NCBI GenBank assembly: GCA_045533905.1
Contig: JAZSIR010000001.1
Span: 1 to 64,000 of the forward strand
Length of the DNA stretch: 64,000 nucleotides
Origin: Clostridia bacterium
Lineage (GTDB): Bacteria; Bacillota; Clostridia; UMGS1883; UMGS1540
Direction of reading: 5' to 3'
The translations under genes and the position numbers were made by a program. This document shows, in pieces, positions 45,094-53,618 of the stretch. The notes beneath the pieces were generated by a model. That model had not been told where the DNA came from, did not search any database, and saw only the letters and a list, made by a program, of their open reading frames with translations. How positions within the stretch are numbered: position 1 is the first letter of the stretch; the number at the start of each line of letters is the position of its first letter.

Positions 45094-46208
45094 AGAGCTT
45101 CCTCCCATAAAATTTCTTTCTTAGTATTTGCAGGGTTCTTGATGGCATACATAAAAAGTTTTCCGAGTGCCTCGCCGATTTCCCTGCCGGAAAAACCGAT
45201 TTCCGCAAGGTCCCTGCCTGAAATTGGAAGTTCCGCCATATGCATTAAAGTGCCGTTTTCCTTTGCGCATATCCATTCTTTCTCAGCCGCCGCGTCCTGC
45301 AAAAAATCAAAAAGCTCTTCCGCGGACGAATGTTTAAGAGACGCGACATCAAAAACTATGCTTTCGCCCCTTTTATAGGCAGAAAGCTCCTCTGCGGAAA
45401 GAACGAGTGCACGCGGGGCATGCAAAGACCGCAGTGTTTCCGCGGCATCCTCGTCCAGAAGGTGCGCCCATTTTGCCGAAAGCGTGCGACACGCCGCAAC
45501 CTTCTGAAATGTCGATGCAGAAAGCGAGGCCTTTGGCACAGTGACGCGAAAGACGACCTCAGCCGCCGAAAGCGCCGAAAAATTGGCATACGTAAGGAGC
45601 TTTGTAAGTTCGGCAAAAATCCGCTCGCGGCTTATATCCTGCAGCGTAGCCGCCATTTCCCTGGCCGCTTTTTCCGTTTCTTCTTCCACAGAAAACGAAA
45701 GCTGCGCCGCAAAGCGAAAAAGGCGCAGGATGCGAAGGGCATCCTCTCCAAACCGCTGGCGCGGATCCCCCACCGTGCGAAGAAGCTTCTTTTCAAGGTC
45801 GGCTTCTCCTGAAAACGGGTCATACACCCCGCTTTCAGGGCTATACGCTATGGCGTTTACGGTGAAATCCCGCCTTTTTAGATCTTCGTCAATCTCCGAA
45901 AGAAAATCCACGCTGTCCGGCCTTCTTTTATCGGTGTATGCACCGTCTTTCCGAAAGGTGGTAACTTCTATCGCACCCTCATCGGTTACAACTGTTACTG
46001 TGCCGTGCAAAAGCCCGGTATCATAGGTGTGCGGAAAAAGGCGCTTTACTTCCTCCGGCCGTGCGGAGGTGGCCACATCATAGTCGTGCGGCGTGCGGGA
46101 CAAAAGAAGGTCCCTTACACATCCGCCTACCGCATAGGCACGAAAACCCGCGTCCGTAAGTGTTTTACATATTGCTTCCACGTGCCGGGGCAGTGGCAAG
46201 TATCTCAT
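45057..46208 (-). CDS. cca: CCA tRNA nucleotidyltransferase
   Basis: AVGGCVRD, DYDVAT, EVTTFR, DLKRRDFTVNA, EDALRILR..RF. Confidence 0.9.
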   Translation of the reverse strand: MRYLPLPRHVEAICKTLTDAGFRAYAVGGCVRDLLLSRTPHDYDVATSARPEEVKRLFPHTYDTGLLHGTVTVVTDEGAIEVTTFRKDGAYTDKRRPDSVDFLSEIDEDLKRRDFTVNAIAYSPESGVYDPFSGEADLEKKLLRTVGDPRQRFGEDALRILRLFRFAAQLSFSVEEETEKAAREMAATLQDISRERIFAELTKLLTYANFSALSAAEVVFRVTVPKASLSASTFQKVAACRTLSAKWAHLLDEDAAETLRSLHAPRALVLSAEELSAYKRGESIVFDVASLKHSSAEELFDFLQDAAAEKEWICAKENGTLMHMAELPISGRDLAEIGFSGREIGEALGKLFMYAIKNPANTKKEILWEEALWIYKNEHLKTE

Positions 46209-47310
46209 CTTTTCTTTCATATTTTTCAAAAATAAAATCTCCCAGACGCTTCATAGGGTTTCGCTCGCTTATGGTGCGAATCCCCTCCCGAAGGTTTTCA
46301 CGCCGCCAATCATTCTGCAAAAACTGGTATACTGCCTCCTCAATCGGGCAAGTACTCGAAACAGCCATCGCAAGGCCGTTATTGACAAGGAACTCGCGAT
46401 TTCTGTCCTCATGCCCCGGAATCGGGTTCATCAGAATGGTCGGCACCCCTTTGACAAGGCTTTCCGAAAGCGTAATCCCGCCCGGCTTTGTAATCATAAG
46501 GTCAGCCGCATCCATCATCACATCCACATTGTCTACATACTCGTAAGCATACAAAGTATGCGCCGTTTTCAGCCGGTCGATATCGCGCTTCGCTTTCCTG
46601 TTTTTGCCGCAGACACAAAGAAGCTGAAAATCATCCTGTATCTTATCAATCTGGCGTATGCTCTTTGTCATATTGCCGTAGCCCATACTGCCCATCATCA
46701 CCAAAATCGTGGTTTTATTCTCGATGCCGAGCGCCGCACGTGCCTCCGCTTTGGAAACGGACGTGGTGAATTTTTCCCGCACGGGAATCCCAAACGGCAA
46801 AATCTTATACTCCGAAATTCCCTTCCGGATGCACTGGTAATTCAGGAGGGATGATGCGGTCACATAATAGTCAAGCCTTGTATTCTCCCAGTACGGATGC
46901 ATCGTGAAGTCTGTTACGATACCGAAGGTGGGGATTTCCCCGAGTTCTGCTTCCAGATATGTCAGATGGAGCGCCGCAAAAAGATGTGTGGTAATAATCA
47001 CATCAGGCGAGAAGGATTCGATATGACGAAGAAGCTTCTGCCCCACAACACTGTTGGCAATGCGGCTTAAGGGAATACCGTGGTGCTCGCTCTTTTCTGC
47101 AAGGCGGTACGCTCTTCTGTACATACCGGTTGCATACTGCGTGCCCACAAGATATCCCTTTTCAAGAGAATCGCTGAGAAGCGGGTTTGTTGCCTTATAG
47201 GCATCCAGCACGCGGCACTCATGCCCGCGGGTTTCGAAATACTCGGAGATGGCCATTGCAGTCTGCGTATGACCCTGACCGGTTGAAATTGTTAAAACTA
47301 AAATTTTCAA
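46165..47310 (-). CDS. MGDG-synthase/UgtP-family glycosyltransferase
   Basis: STGQGH, ITTH, VTDF..HP.W, GIPV, TKPGG.T.SE, PIPG.E. Confidence 0.88.
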   Translation of the reverse strand: MKILVLTISTGQGHTQTAMAISEYFETRGHECRVLDAYKATNPLLSDSLEKGYLVGTQYATGMYRRAYRLAEKSEHHGIPLSRIANSVVGQKLLRHIESFSPDVIITTHLFAALHLTYLEAELGEIPTFGIVTDFTMHPYWENTRLDYYVTASSLLNYQCIRKGISEYKILPFGIPVREKFTTSVSKAEARAALGIENKTTILVMMGSMGYGNMTKSIRQIDKIQDDFQLLCVCGKNRKAKRDIDRLKTAHTLYAYEYVDNVDVMMDAADLMITKPGGITLSESLVKGVPTILMNPIPGHEDRNREFLVNNGLAMAVSSTCPIEEAVYQFLQNDWRRENLREGIRTISERNPMKRLGDFIFEKYERKDEILATAPARGSNM

Positions 47311-47331
47311 AACACTTCCGCCTTTCCTGTG

Positions 47332-47360
47332 TCACCAAAAAAGTGGCGTTTACATACTAT
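47332..47360 (+). promoter_or_regulatory. Possible mother-cell (SigK/SigE-type) promoter
   Basis: CACC-16bp-CATACTAT upstream of Cys-rich peptide genes. Confidence 0.35.
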
Positions 47361-47420
47361 ACTATTGAAACAGCGGTGTGCTGTTTTACAGTACTATCAA
47401 TATTTAAGGAGGACTTACAC

Positions 47421-47570
47421 ATGGGTTTATTTGGTGGATGTGGCAACAACAACGGTAATTCCTGTCTCTGGATTATCATCATTCTGATCCTCATCTTCTG
47501 CTGCGGCTGCGGCTCGAACAATCTCGTAGGTGGCTGCCAGAGCAACTGCGGCAACGGTTGCTGCGACTAA
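47421..47570 (+). CDS. Small Cys/Gly/Asn-rich hydrophobic peptide (spore-associated type)
   Basis: AAGGAGG RBS; MGLFGGCGNNNGNSCLWIIIILILIFCCGCG...CCD. Confidence 0.75.
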   Translation: MGLFGGCGNNNGNSCLWIIIILILIFCCGCGSNNLVGGCQSNCGNGCCD

Positions 47571-47605
47571 GAGAATCTCTATCTAGCTTTCAGAAAGGAG
47601 TATAC

Positions 47606-47734
47606 ATGATGAACTGCGGTCTTTCTTGCGGAAACAACAGCAATAACTGCTGTGAATGGATTTGGTGGATTCTTATCATCTATGTTTTCTTGAACTGCTT
47701 CTGCGGCGGTTGTAACAACCAGAGCTGCTGCTAA
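47606..47734 (+). CDS. Second small Cys-rich hydrophobic peptide
   Basis: AAAGGAG RBS; MMNCGLSCGNNSNNCCEWIWWILIIYVFLNCFCGGCNNQSCC* (not in ORF track). Confidence 0.75.
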   Translation: MMNCGLSCGNNSNNCCEWIWWILIIYVFLNCFCGGCNNQSCC

Positions 47735-47785
47735 ATCCGAAAGGGCACTGCATCGGGCGAAGTTTCGCCCGATGTAGCCTTCCCG

Positions 47786-48361
47786 CTATTTTTCAAGATA
47801 TGCGCGAAACTTTGCCAGCGCTCGCGAGCGGTGGCTGATTTCATTTTTTATTTCGGGCGAAAGTTCCCCGAAGGTTTTGCCGTATTCCGGAATGTAAAAT
47901 ACGGGGTCATACCCAAAGCCGTTCGTGCCGTGCGGTGAAAACGAGATTACACCGCGACATTCGCCGCGAAAGACCTTTTCCTCCCCTTCGGGCGTGACAT
48001 AGGCGATAACAGATACGAATGCCGCCCCACGTGCTGCTTCGGGAATTTCCTGCATGGCGAGAAGAAGCTTCTCCACATTTTTTTCGTCTGTGGCGTCTTC
48101 CCCCGCATACCGTGCCGAATAAATGCCGGGCGCGCCGGAAAGGGCATCTACCGCAAGCCCCGAATCATCCGCAATCGCGGCTTTTCCCGTAGCGTGCATC
48201 ACAGCGCGCGCCTTAATCAGCGCATTTTCCTCAAAGCTTGCACCATCTTCTATTATTTCTTCCGTAAATCCTGCTTCCCGCATAGTAATAAGTTCATAGG
48301 AAGGCAGAATTTTGCGGAATTCTTTCATTTTACCCATATTTCCTGTTGCAACCACCAGCAT
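47786..48361 (-). CDS. rdgB: Non-canonical purine NTP pyrophosphatase (RdgB/HAM1)
   Basis: ATGN.GK, ENA..KA, ADDSGL, APGIYSARY, GFGYDP, SHR. Confidence 0.95.
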   Translation of the reverse strand: MLVVATGNMGKMKEFRKILPSYELITMREAGFTEEIIEDGASFEENALIKARAVMHATGKAAIADDSGLAVDALSGAPGIYSARYAGEDATDEKNVEKLLLAMQEIPEAARGAAFVSVIAYVTPEGEEKVFRGECRGVISFSPHGTNGFGYDPVFYIPEYGKTFGELSPEIKNEISHRSRALAKFRAYLEK

Positions 48362-48381
48362 TTTCGTTTCTCCTTTTGGGG

Positions 48382-48507
48382 CTATCGGATAATCGGCAGA
48401 AATTTTCTTGCGATTTCCTCTACGCCGTAAGTATTCGGATGCACCTCGTCTGCAGAGATAAAGGACATATCCCCAAGAACAAAGCGCCCGTTTATGTAGG
48501 TCACATT
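48382..48507 (-). pseudogene. C-terminal remnant of SGNH/GDSL hydrolase
   Basis: Frame reads NVTYINGRFVLGDMSFISADEVHPNTYGVEEIARKF...*, with the DxxHPNxxG block V motif but no N-terminus. Confidence 0.55.
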
Positions 48508-48532
48508 TTATAGTGCATTCCTTTTCCCCAAT

Positions 48533-49018
48533 TTATTTTTCTTCCGCCACAACAAACAAAGTCGAGTATTCTTCCACATCATAGTCGCCCGCGGCGCGAA
48601 AATCCATAAATTCTTTTTTGAGGCAGTATTCGCCGGGCGAAAGTTTGCCGTACAGATACTCCCAGTCTACCGAAAACTCGGTAGTTTCATTTTTCCGGAT
48701 GATATAGGCCATTGCATTCCACGTGTAATTTTCGATAATTGTGCTGACCGGTTCCCAGTCTTCGCCCTTTTTTTCAAAAAGCACAAAGTCCGCCCCTGTC
48801 TGAAGCTGGCCCGTAGGTTTGCCGCCTTTCTGTGTCACACGGATTTTTATACCGCCGGCGGTTACATTTTCTGCCGAAAGCGTAAGACCCCAGTCATATG
48901 TCTTCGATTCTTCTACATATACGGAAGTGGGGCCCTCTGCCCCGCCGATAGGGCTCTCGCCCGCGCAGCCCGAAAGAAGGCAAAGCGCCGAAAGCAGTAT
49001 GAGAGATATTCGTTTCAT
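48533..49018 (-). CDS. Lipoprotein with Ig-like domain
   Basis: Lipobox LLSGC; IGGAEGPTSVYV; W...YG.L.PG.Y...K. Confidence 0.7.
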   Translation of the reverse strand: MKRISLILLSALCLLSGCAGESPIGGAEGPTSVYVEESKTYDWGLTLSAENVTAGGIKIRVTQKGGKPTGQLQTGADFVLFEKKGEDWEPVSTIIENYTWNAMAYIIRKNETTEFSVDWEYLYGKLSPGEYCLKKEFMDFRAAGDYDVEEYSTLFVVAEEK

Positions 49019-49044
49019 ATTTTCTTCCTTTCCCCAAAGTGCTC

Positions 49045-49989
49045 CTACAGTAAGCCCAGAAAGCTTAAAAGGAACGTCCAGCCGAACAGGGTGATAAGGC
49101 ACAGCGCTGAAGAAATAACTACCAGGTGCGCCGCCAGCTGCTCGTCCCCACCCGTTTGCTGCGCCATCGTAAAGGACGACACGGCAACAGGTGCACCAAA
49201 GGTAATGAGCACACAAACGAGTGCTTCACCACGGATGCCGAGGCAGGCGGCCGCGGAAAGTGCCAGAAGCGGAATCCATATGAGCTTTGCACTGACGGTA
49301 ACCGTGATTTCTTTTATACATTTCCGTATCGACTGATATTCAAACTCCGCGCCGAGCGCGATGAGTGCAAGCGGCGTTGCCACCGCGGCAACATCCTTTA
49401 CTGAACTTTCGAGTAGCGAAGGCAATCGAAGATCCAAAAGCAAAAAGCCAACACCGAAAAGGCATGCTATAATTAAGGGGTTTTTGAAAATTTCCTTGAC
49501 CATATGCATAGTGGAAGGGCGACCCTCGCCGTTTCCGAACCAGGTGAGCGCAAAGATGGCCAGAATATTAAAAATCGGCACGACCACGCTTACCATGAGA
49601 GATGCCACGCCGCCCGCCCCGCTTCCATAGAGGTATCCCACGAAAGGAAGCCCCAAAAGTGCGAAGTTCGAGCGAAAGGTTCCCTGCAGTATTACGCCCC
49701 TTTTTGCATTTTCCTTTGCGGTGCACATTGCCACCGCATACCCGAGGGCGAAATTTATAAGAATTGCGATAATGGTGAAGAGAACGAGCTTTCCATCAAA
49801 GATACTGCCAAGGTCCGTTTTATACAGATTATAAAATAAAAGCACAGGCAAAAAGACTTTGAAAACCATTTTATTCATCGTATCAAAGCCTCTTTTATCG
49901 GTAAGCTTTATCTTTTTCAGAAAATAGCCGATAAGCATCAGCACAAAGAGAGGCGCCACGGCATTATATGACAGCTGTAAGCTTTCCAA
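49045..49989 (-). CDS. AEC (auxin efflux carrier) family transporter
   Basis: VFLP.LLF, FRSN...LG.P, KNPLIIA, PLALIALG, P.AVSS..MA. Confidence 0.88.
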   Translation of the reverse strand: MESLQLSYNAVAPLFVLMLIGYFLKKIKLTDKRGFDTMNKMVFKVFLPVLLFYNLYKTDLGSIFDGKLVLFTIIAILINFALGYAVAMCTAKENAKRGVILQGTFRSNFALLGLPFVGYLYGSGAGGVASLMVSVVVPIFNILAIFALTWFGNGEGRPSTMHMVKEIFKNPLIIACLFGVGFLLLDLRLPSLLESSVKDVAAVATPLALIALGAEFEYQSIRKCIKEITVTVSAKLIWIPLLALSAAACLGIRGEALVCVLITFGAPVAVSSFTMAQQTGGDEQLAAHLVVISSALCLITLFGWTFLLSFLGLL

Positions 49990-50011
49990 TTGTTTTCCTC
50001 CGTACGCTTTT

Positions 50012-50680
50012 TTAGATCTTATAGGCCTTTTCGGTAGGAATGGCGAACACAATGCCGTTTGCTTCTGAAGTAAGGCCGAACGCCCCGTTTACATCCTGCA
50101 TAATCCGGCGGCTTGTTTCAAGCGGTGCAAGGATACAAAGGATTTCGCGCTCACCCTCGATATTTGTTTTGCCCATTGCGGCAAACTGCTCAACCTCGGC
50201 AAGGCGCCCTTTGATGATCGTGCCGCCGGTGGCACCTGCTTTTCTTGCAGTATGCATTACGTCCTCGGCGTAGCCTTCATTTACAGATATGAAAATCAAA
50301 TTGTTATGATGCTCGTTTTTCATTGCGCCATCTCCTTTTTCTGCGTTTACATCGTTATTGAAGCCGAGCACCTCCGTGAGAAGTCTGCTCGCGGCGGAAA
50401 CCCCCAGAATAATCATAAGACCGCCGTATTTTGAGTGGCTCTCAAAGGCCGTGCCGAAATTCGCCATCATCGTTTTGACAACACCCTCCGCGCCGAGGCT
50501 TATGATGATATCTTTATCGTGTGAACCAAGGCCGAAGATGTCCATCATTTCCGTAGGTGCCGTGCCGAGGCCGACCGATTGGAAATTGATACGGATATCG
50601 TTCTTTTCGAGTTCTTTTATCAGTTTTTGTCCTTTATCCCGTTCTACAATGGATAAAAGGAACATCGGTTTTTTGCTCAT
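50012..50680 (-). CDS. Tandem PII-like protein associated with DUF1538
   Basis: GLGTA, ARKAGATGGTIIKGR, GIVFAIP. Confidence 0.75.
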   Translation of the reverse strand: MSKKPMFLLSIVERDKGQKLIKELEKNDIRINFQSVGLGTAPTEMMDIFGLGSHDKDIIISLGAEGVVKTMMANFGTAFESHSKYGGLMIILGVSAASRLLTEVLGFNNDVNAEKGDGAMKNEHHNNLIFISVNEGYAEDVMHTARKAGATGGTIIKGRLAEVEQFAAMGKTNIEGEREILCILAPLETSRRIMQDVNGAFGLTSEANGIVFAIPTEKAYKI

Positions 50681-52200
50681 ACGCTCTCCTCCTCATCAAA
50701 GAACAGAATATCATCCTCGAGCATACTGATTTCGGTGTGAAGCCTCTGCAGCATGCGGGCACGTCTTCTCCTTTCAAAAAGGCCTAATGTCTGAATCGTG
50801 ATGAGCGGTGTCATCGCAATCATCGCTACAATGCCGAAGGCATCCATCATCACATTGCCTCCGATGGCCTCGCAGGCACCCATTGCAAACGGAAGCATAA
50901 AGGTCGATGTCATCGGACCGCTCGCAACGCCGCCCGAGTCAAACGCGATGCCGGTATAGATGTGCGGCACGAAAAAGCTGATGACAATGGATATGGCATA
51001 TCCCAAAATCAAAAACGGCATAATCGGCATCCCCGTAAGAACACGGAGCATAGAGATGCCCACAGAAATCGAAACGCCGACGGAAAGCGCCGTTGCTACG
51101 GCTTTCTGGGAAATAGCGCCGTTTGTAATTTCGCTGACCTGTCTTTTTAAGGAGTGCACCGCAGGCTCTGCAGAAACCACGAAGTAGCCCATCACCATAC
51201 CGACGGGAATAAGCATCGCGCGAAAGGAACCCCCGGCAAGCTTTGCGCCGATAAGGCGGCCTGCGGGCATAAAGCCGACGTTGGCGCCCGTCAAAAAAAG
51301 TACAAGCCCTATATAGGTGTATACAAAACCGACGGACATTTTGAGAACATTATGAATATGGAATCTCCTTGTGATAAGCTGAAAGACAAGAAAGACCAAA
51401 ACAATCGGCACAAACGCCATCAAAACCTCTTTTGCATATTTCGGGAGCCAGTGTGCAAACTCGCCGAAAGCTTCCGTAGTTGTGGTAATTTCCGTCATCG
51501 TATAGGTCGAGGTGGCAGCGTGGGGCCTGAAGAAAATGCTAAGAAGAAGCACCGACAAGATGGGACCGATACTGCAAAGTGCTACAAGACCGAAGCTGTT
51601 TTCGCCGCTATGCTTACCACCCTTGACAGAGGCAAGACCTGCACCGAGCGCCATAATAAAGGGCACCGTGATGGGTCCGGTGGTAACGCCGCCCGAATCA
51701 AAGGCTGTAGGTACAAATTCGGCCGGTGCAAAGAAGGAAAGGCCGATAATTAAGATGTAGAAAATAAGCAAAAGTGTGCGAAGTGGGATATTCTTTTTGT
51801 TCCGGACAAGCGTGATACTGAGAAAAACACCGACGCCGATACCGACACAGTTTATAAGAAGTGCATTCGGAATGGTAGGCACCTGCTCGGCAAGCACCTG
51901 CAGATCCGGTTCCGACACGGTAATCAGAAAGCCGAGAACGCCGCAGATAATAAGCGGCAGCAAAATTTTGCTGTTTTTATTGAGAGACTTCCCGATGCCA
52001 TCGCCAAGCGGTTCCATCGATATGCCGGAACCTACCGTAAAAAAGCCCATTCCGAGGATCAGAAGAATTGTGCCGAATAAAAACAGAACGAGCACCCCGG
52101 CATCGAGCGTTACTGCGGTGACAGACAGAATTAAAACAATAATCGCAATCGGCAAAACCGAGGAAAGCGATTCTTTGGCAGATGCATAAATATGTGACAT
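50677..52200 (-). CDS. DUF1538 membrane protein (two-domain)
   Basis: SEPDLQVLA, AFDSGGVTTGP.TVPF and AFDSGGVASGPMT repeats. Confidence 0.85.
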   Translation of the reverse strand: MSHIYASAKESLSSVLPIAIIVLILSVTAVTLDAGVLVLFLFGTILLILGMGFFTVGSGISMEPLGDGIGKSLNKNSKILLPLIICGVLGFLITVSEPDLQVLAEQVPTIPNALLINCVGIGVGVFLSITLVRNKKNIPLRTLLLIFYILIIGLSFFAPAEFVPTAFDSGGVTTGPITVPFIMALGAGLASVKGGKHSGENSFGLVALCSIGPILSVLLLSIFFRPHAATSTYTMTEITTTTEAFGEFAHWLPKYAKEVLMAFVPIVLVFLVFQLITRRFHIHNVLKMSVGFVYTYIGLVLFLTGANVGFMPAGRLIGAKLAGGSFRAMLIPVGMVMGYFVVSAEPAVHSLKRQVSEITNGAISQKAVATALSVGVSISVGISMLRVLTGMPIMPFLILGYAISIVISFFVPHIYTGIAFDSGGVASGPMTSTFMLPFAMGACEAIGGNVMMDAFGIVAMIAMTPLITIQTLGLFERRRRARMLQRLHTEISMLEDDILFFDEEESV

Positions 52201-52347
52201 GCAAACGACTCCTTGCCCTAAACCCACACGGATTTTTCTATGTATATCCTGACGGTTTTCTGCAAATTCACAGTTATAGTTTATTATACCATATTCTTCT
52301 CTTTTTTGCAATTTTTTTGAAAAAAATAAAAAATTAAAAAAAAGACT

Positions 52348-52375
52348 TGTATATTTCAAAAAGTTATGCTATAAT
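52348..52375 (+). promoter_or_regulatory. Sigma-A promoter of rpmB
   Basis: TTGTAT...TGCTATAAT. Confidence 0.55.
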
Positions 52376-52419
52376 GTATCTGTTTCAGTATGGAAACGAA
52401 CCGAAGGAGGTGTATATAT

Positions 52420-52605
52420 ATGGCAAAGTGTGATATCTGCGGAAAGGGCGTTTCGTTTGGCATTCAGGTCAGCCACTCGCACAGAAGAGCAAATAAGATG
52501 TGGAAATCGAACATCAGAACAGTTAAGGCTATCGTTGGTGGTACGCCGAAAACGGTGCATGTTTGTTCCCGTTGTCTGCGCTCGGGTCTTGTGACACGCG
52601 CTTAA
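52420..52605 (+). CDS. rpmB: 50S ribosomal protein L28 (zinc-binding form)
   Basis: MAKCDICGK...VSHSHRR...W..N...VCSRCLRSG. Confidence 0.96.
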   Translation: MAKCDICGKGVSFGIQVSHSHRRANKMWKSNIRTVKAIVGGTPKTVHVCSRCLRSGLVTRA

Positions 52606-52683
52606 TTCGTTTGGTTTGAGAAGAAGATATTTCCTCGCGAATATCTTCTTTTTTCATTTAGAGAGAAACATAGAAAGGACTTT

Positions 52684-53574
52684 TTGAAAGTGAAAAGAAA
52701 ACGTCGCTGGGGTGACCGCAAAGACGGGAGACGCCTTCGTACTCTCCCCCCGATGTCTATGGTTTCCCCCTATATTATGAAAACACGCGCAGGCGCGCAA
52801 AATAAAGTGCATTATACGTTGGATATTGCAAAGGTAGAAGACTATATCCGTAAAAAACGTGCCGAAGGGCTTAAGAGTTTTGGCGTTCTGCACGTACTCG
52901 TAGCCGCCTATGTGCGGACCGTGGCCGCAAGGCCCGCTATCAACCGCTTTATCTCCGGGCAGAAGATTTTTGCCCGCCACGACATTGAAACGGTGATGGC
53001 GATTAAAATGTCGATGACGCTCGATGCGCCCGACACGATGATTAAGCTGAAGTTTGCACCGTCGGCAACGGCGGACGATGTATACCATGCTTTTGTAAAG
53101 GAAATTGATGCAAACCGTGGTGAAGGTGCTGCGGAGGAAAGCGATTTTGATAAGCTCGCACGTATTCTCCGCTACATCCCGGGGCTTCTTCTTCGCTTTA
53201 CGGTTTCGATTCTGACCTTCCTCGATTACTTCGGACATCTGCCGCGGTTTTTGACGAATTTAAGCCCGTTCCATGGCTCGATGGTCATTACCTCTATGGG
53301 GTCACTTGGTATTCCGCCGATTTACCATCATCTGTATGACTTTGGCAACGTACCGATTTTCATCGCGTACGGCGCAAAGAAAAAGATGATTGTACCGCAA
53401 AGAGGCACGTGCGAGCCGGAGTACAAGAAGTTTCTGGACTTTACGGTGACTACGGACGAGCGCATTTGTGACGGATACTATTTCGCCTCTGCCCTAAAGT
53501 ATCTGTGCAGCATTCTCGAAAATCCGGATGTTTTAGACACGCCCCCGGAAAAGGTTATTGAAGATATTGAATAG
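52684..53574 (+). CDS. Stand-alone 2-oxoacid-dehydrogenase acyltransferase-like protein
   Basis: GDRKDGRRLR, ITSMGSLGI, TTDERICDGYY; no lipoyl domain. Confidence 0.75.
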   Translation: MKVKRKRRWGDRKDGRRLRTLPPMSMVSPYIMKTRAGAQNKVHYTLDIAKVEDYIRKKRAEGLKSFGVLHVLVAAYVRTVAARPAINRFISGQKIFARHDIETVMAIKMSMTLDAPDTMIKLKFAPSATADDVYHAFVKEIDANRGEGAAEESDFDKLARILRYIPGLLLRFTVSILTFLDYFGHLPRFLTNLSPFHGSMVITSMGSLGIPPIYHHLYDFGNVPIFIAYGAKKKMIVPQRGTCEPEYKKFLDFTVTTDERICDGYYFASALKYLCSILENPDVLDTPPEKVIEDIE

Positions 53575-53618
53575 ACAAGATAAGGGACTGAAAACCTCGG
53601 TTTTCAGTCCCTTTTGTA

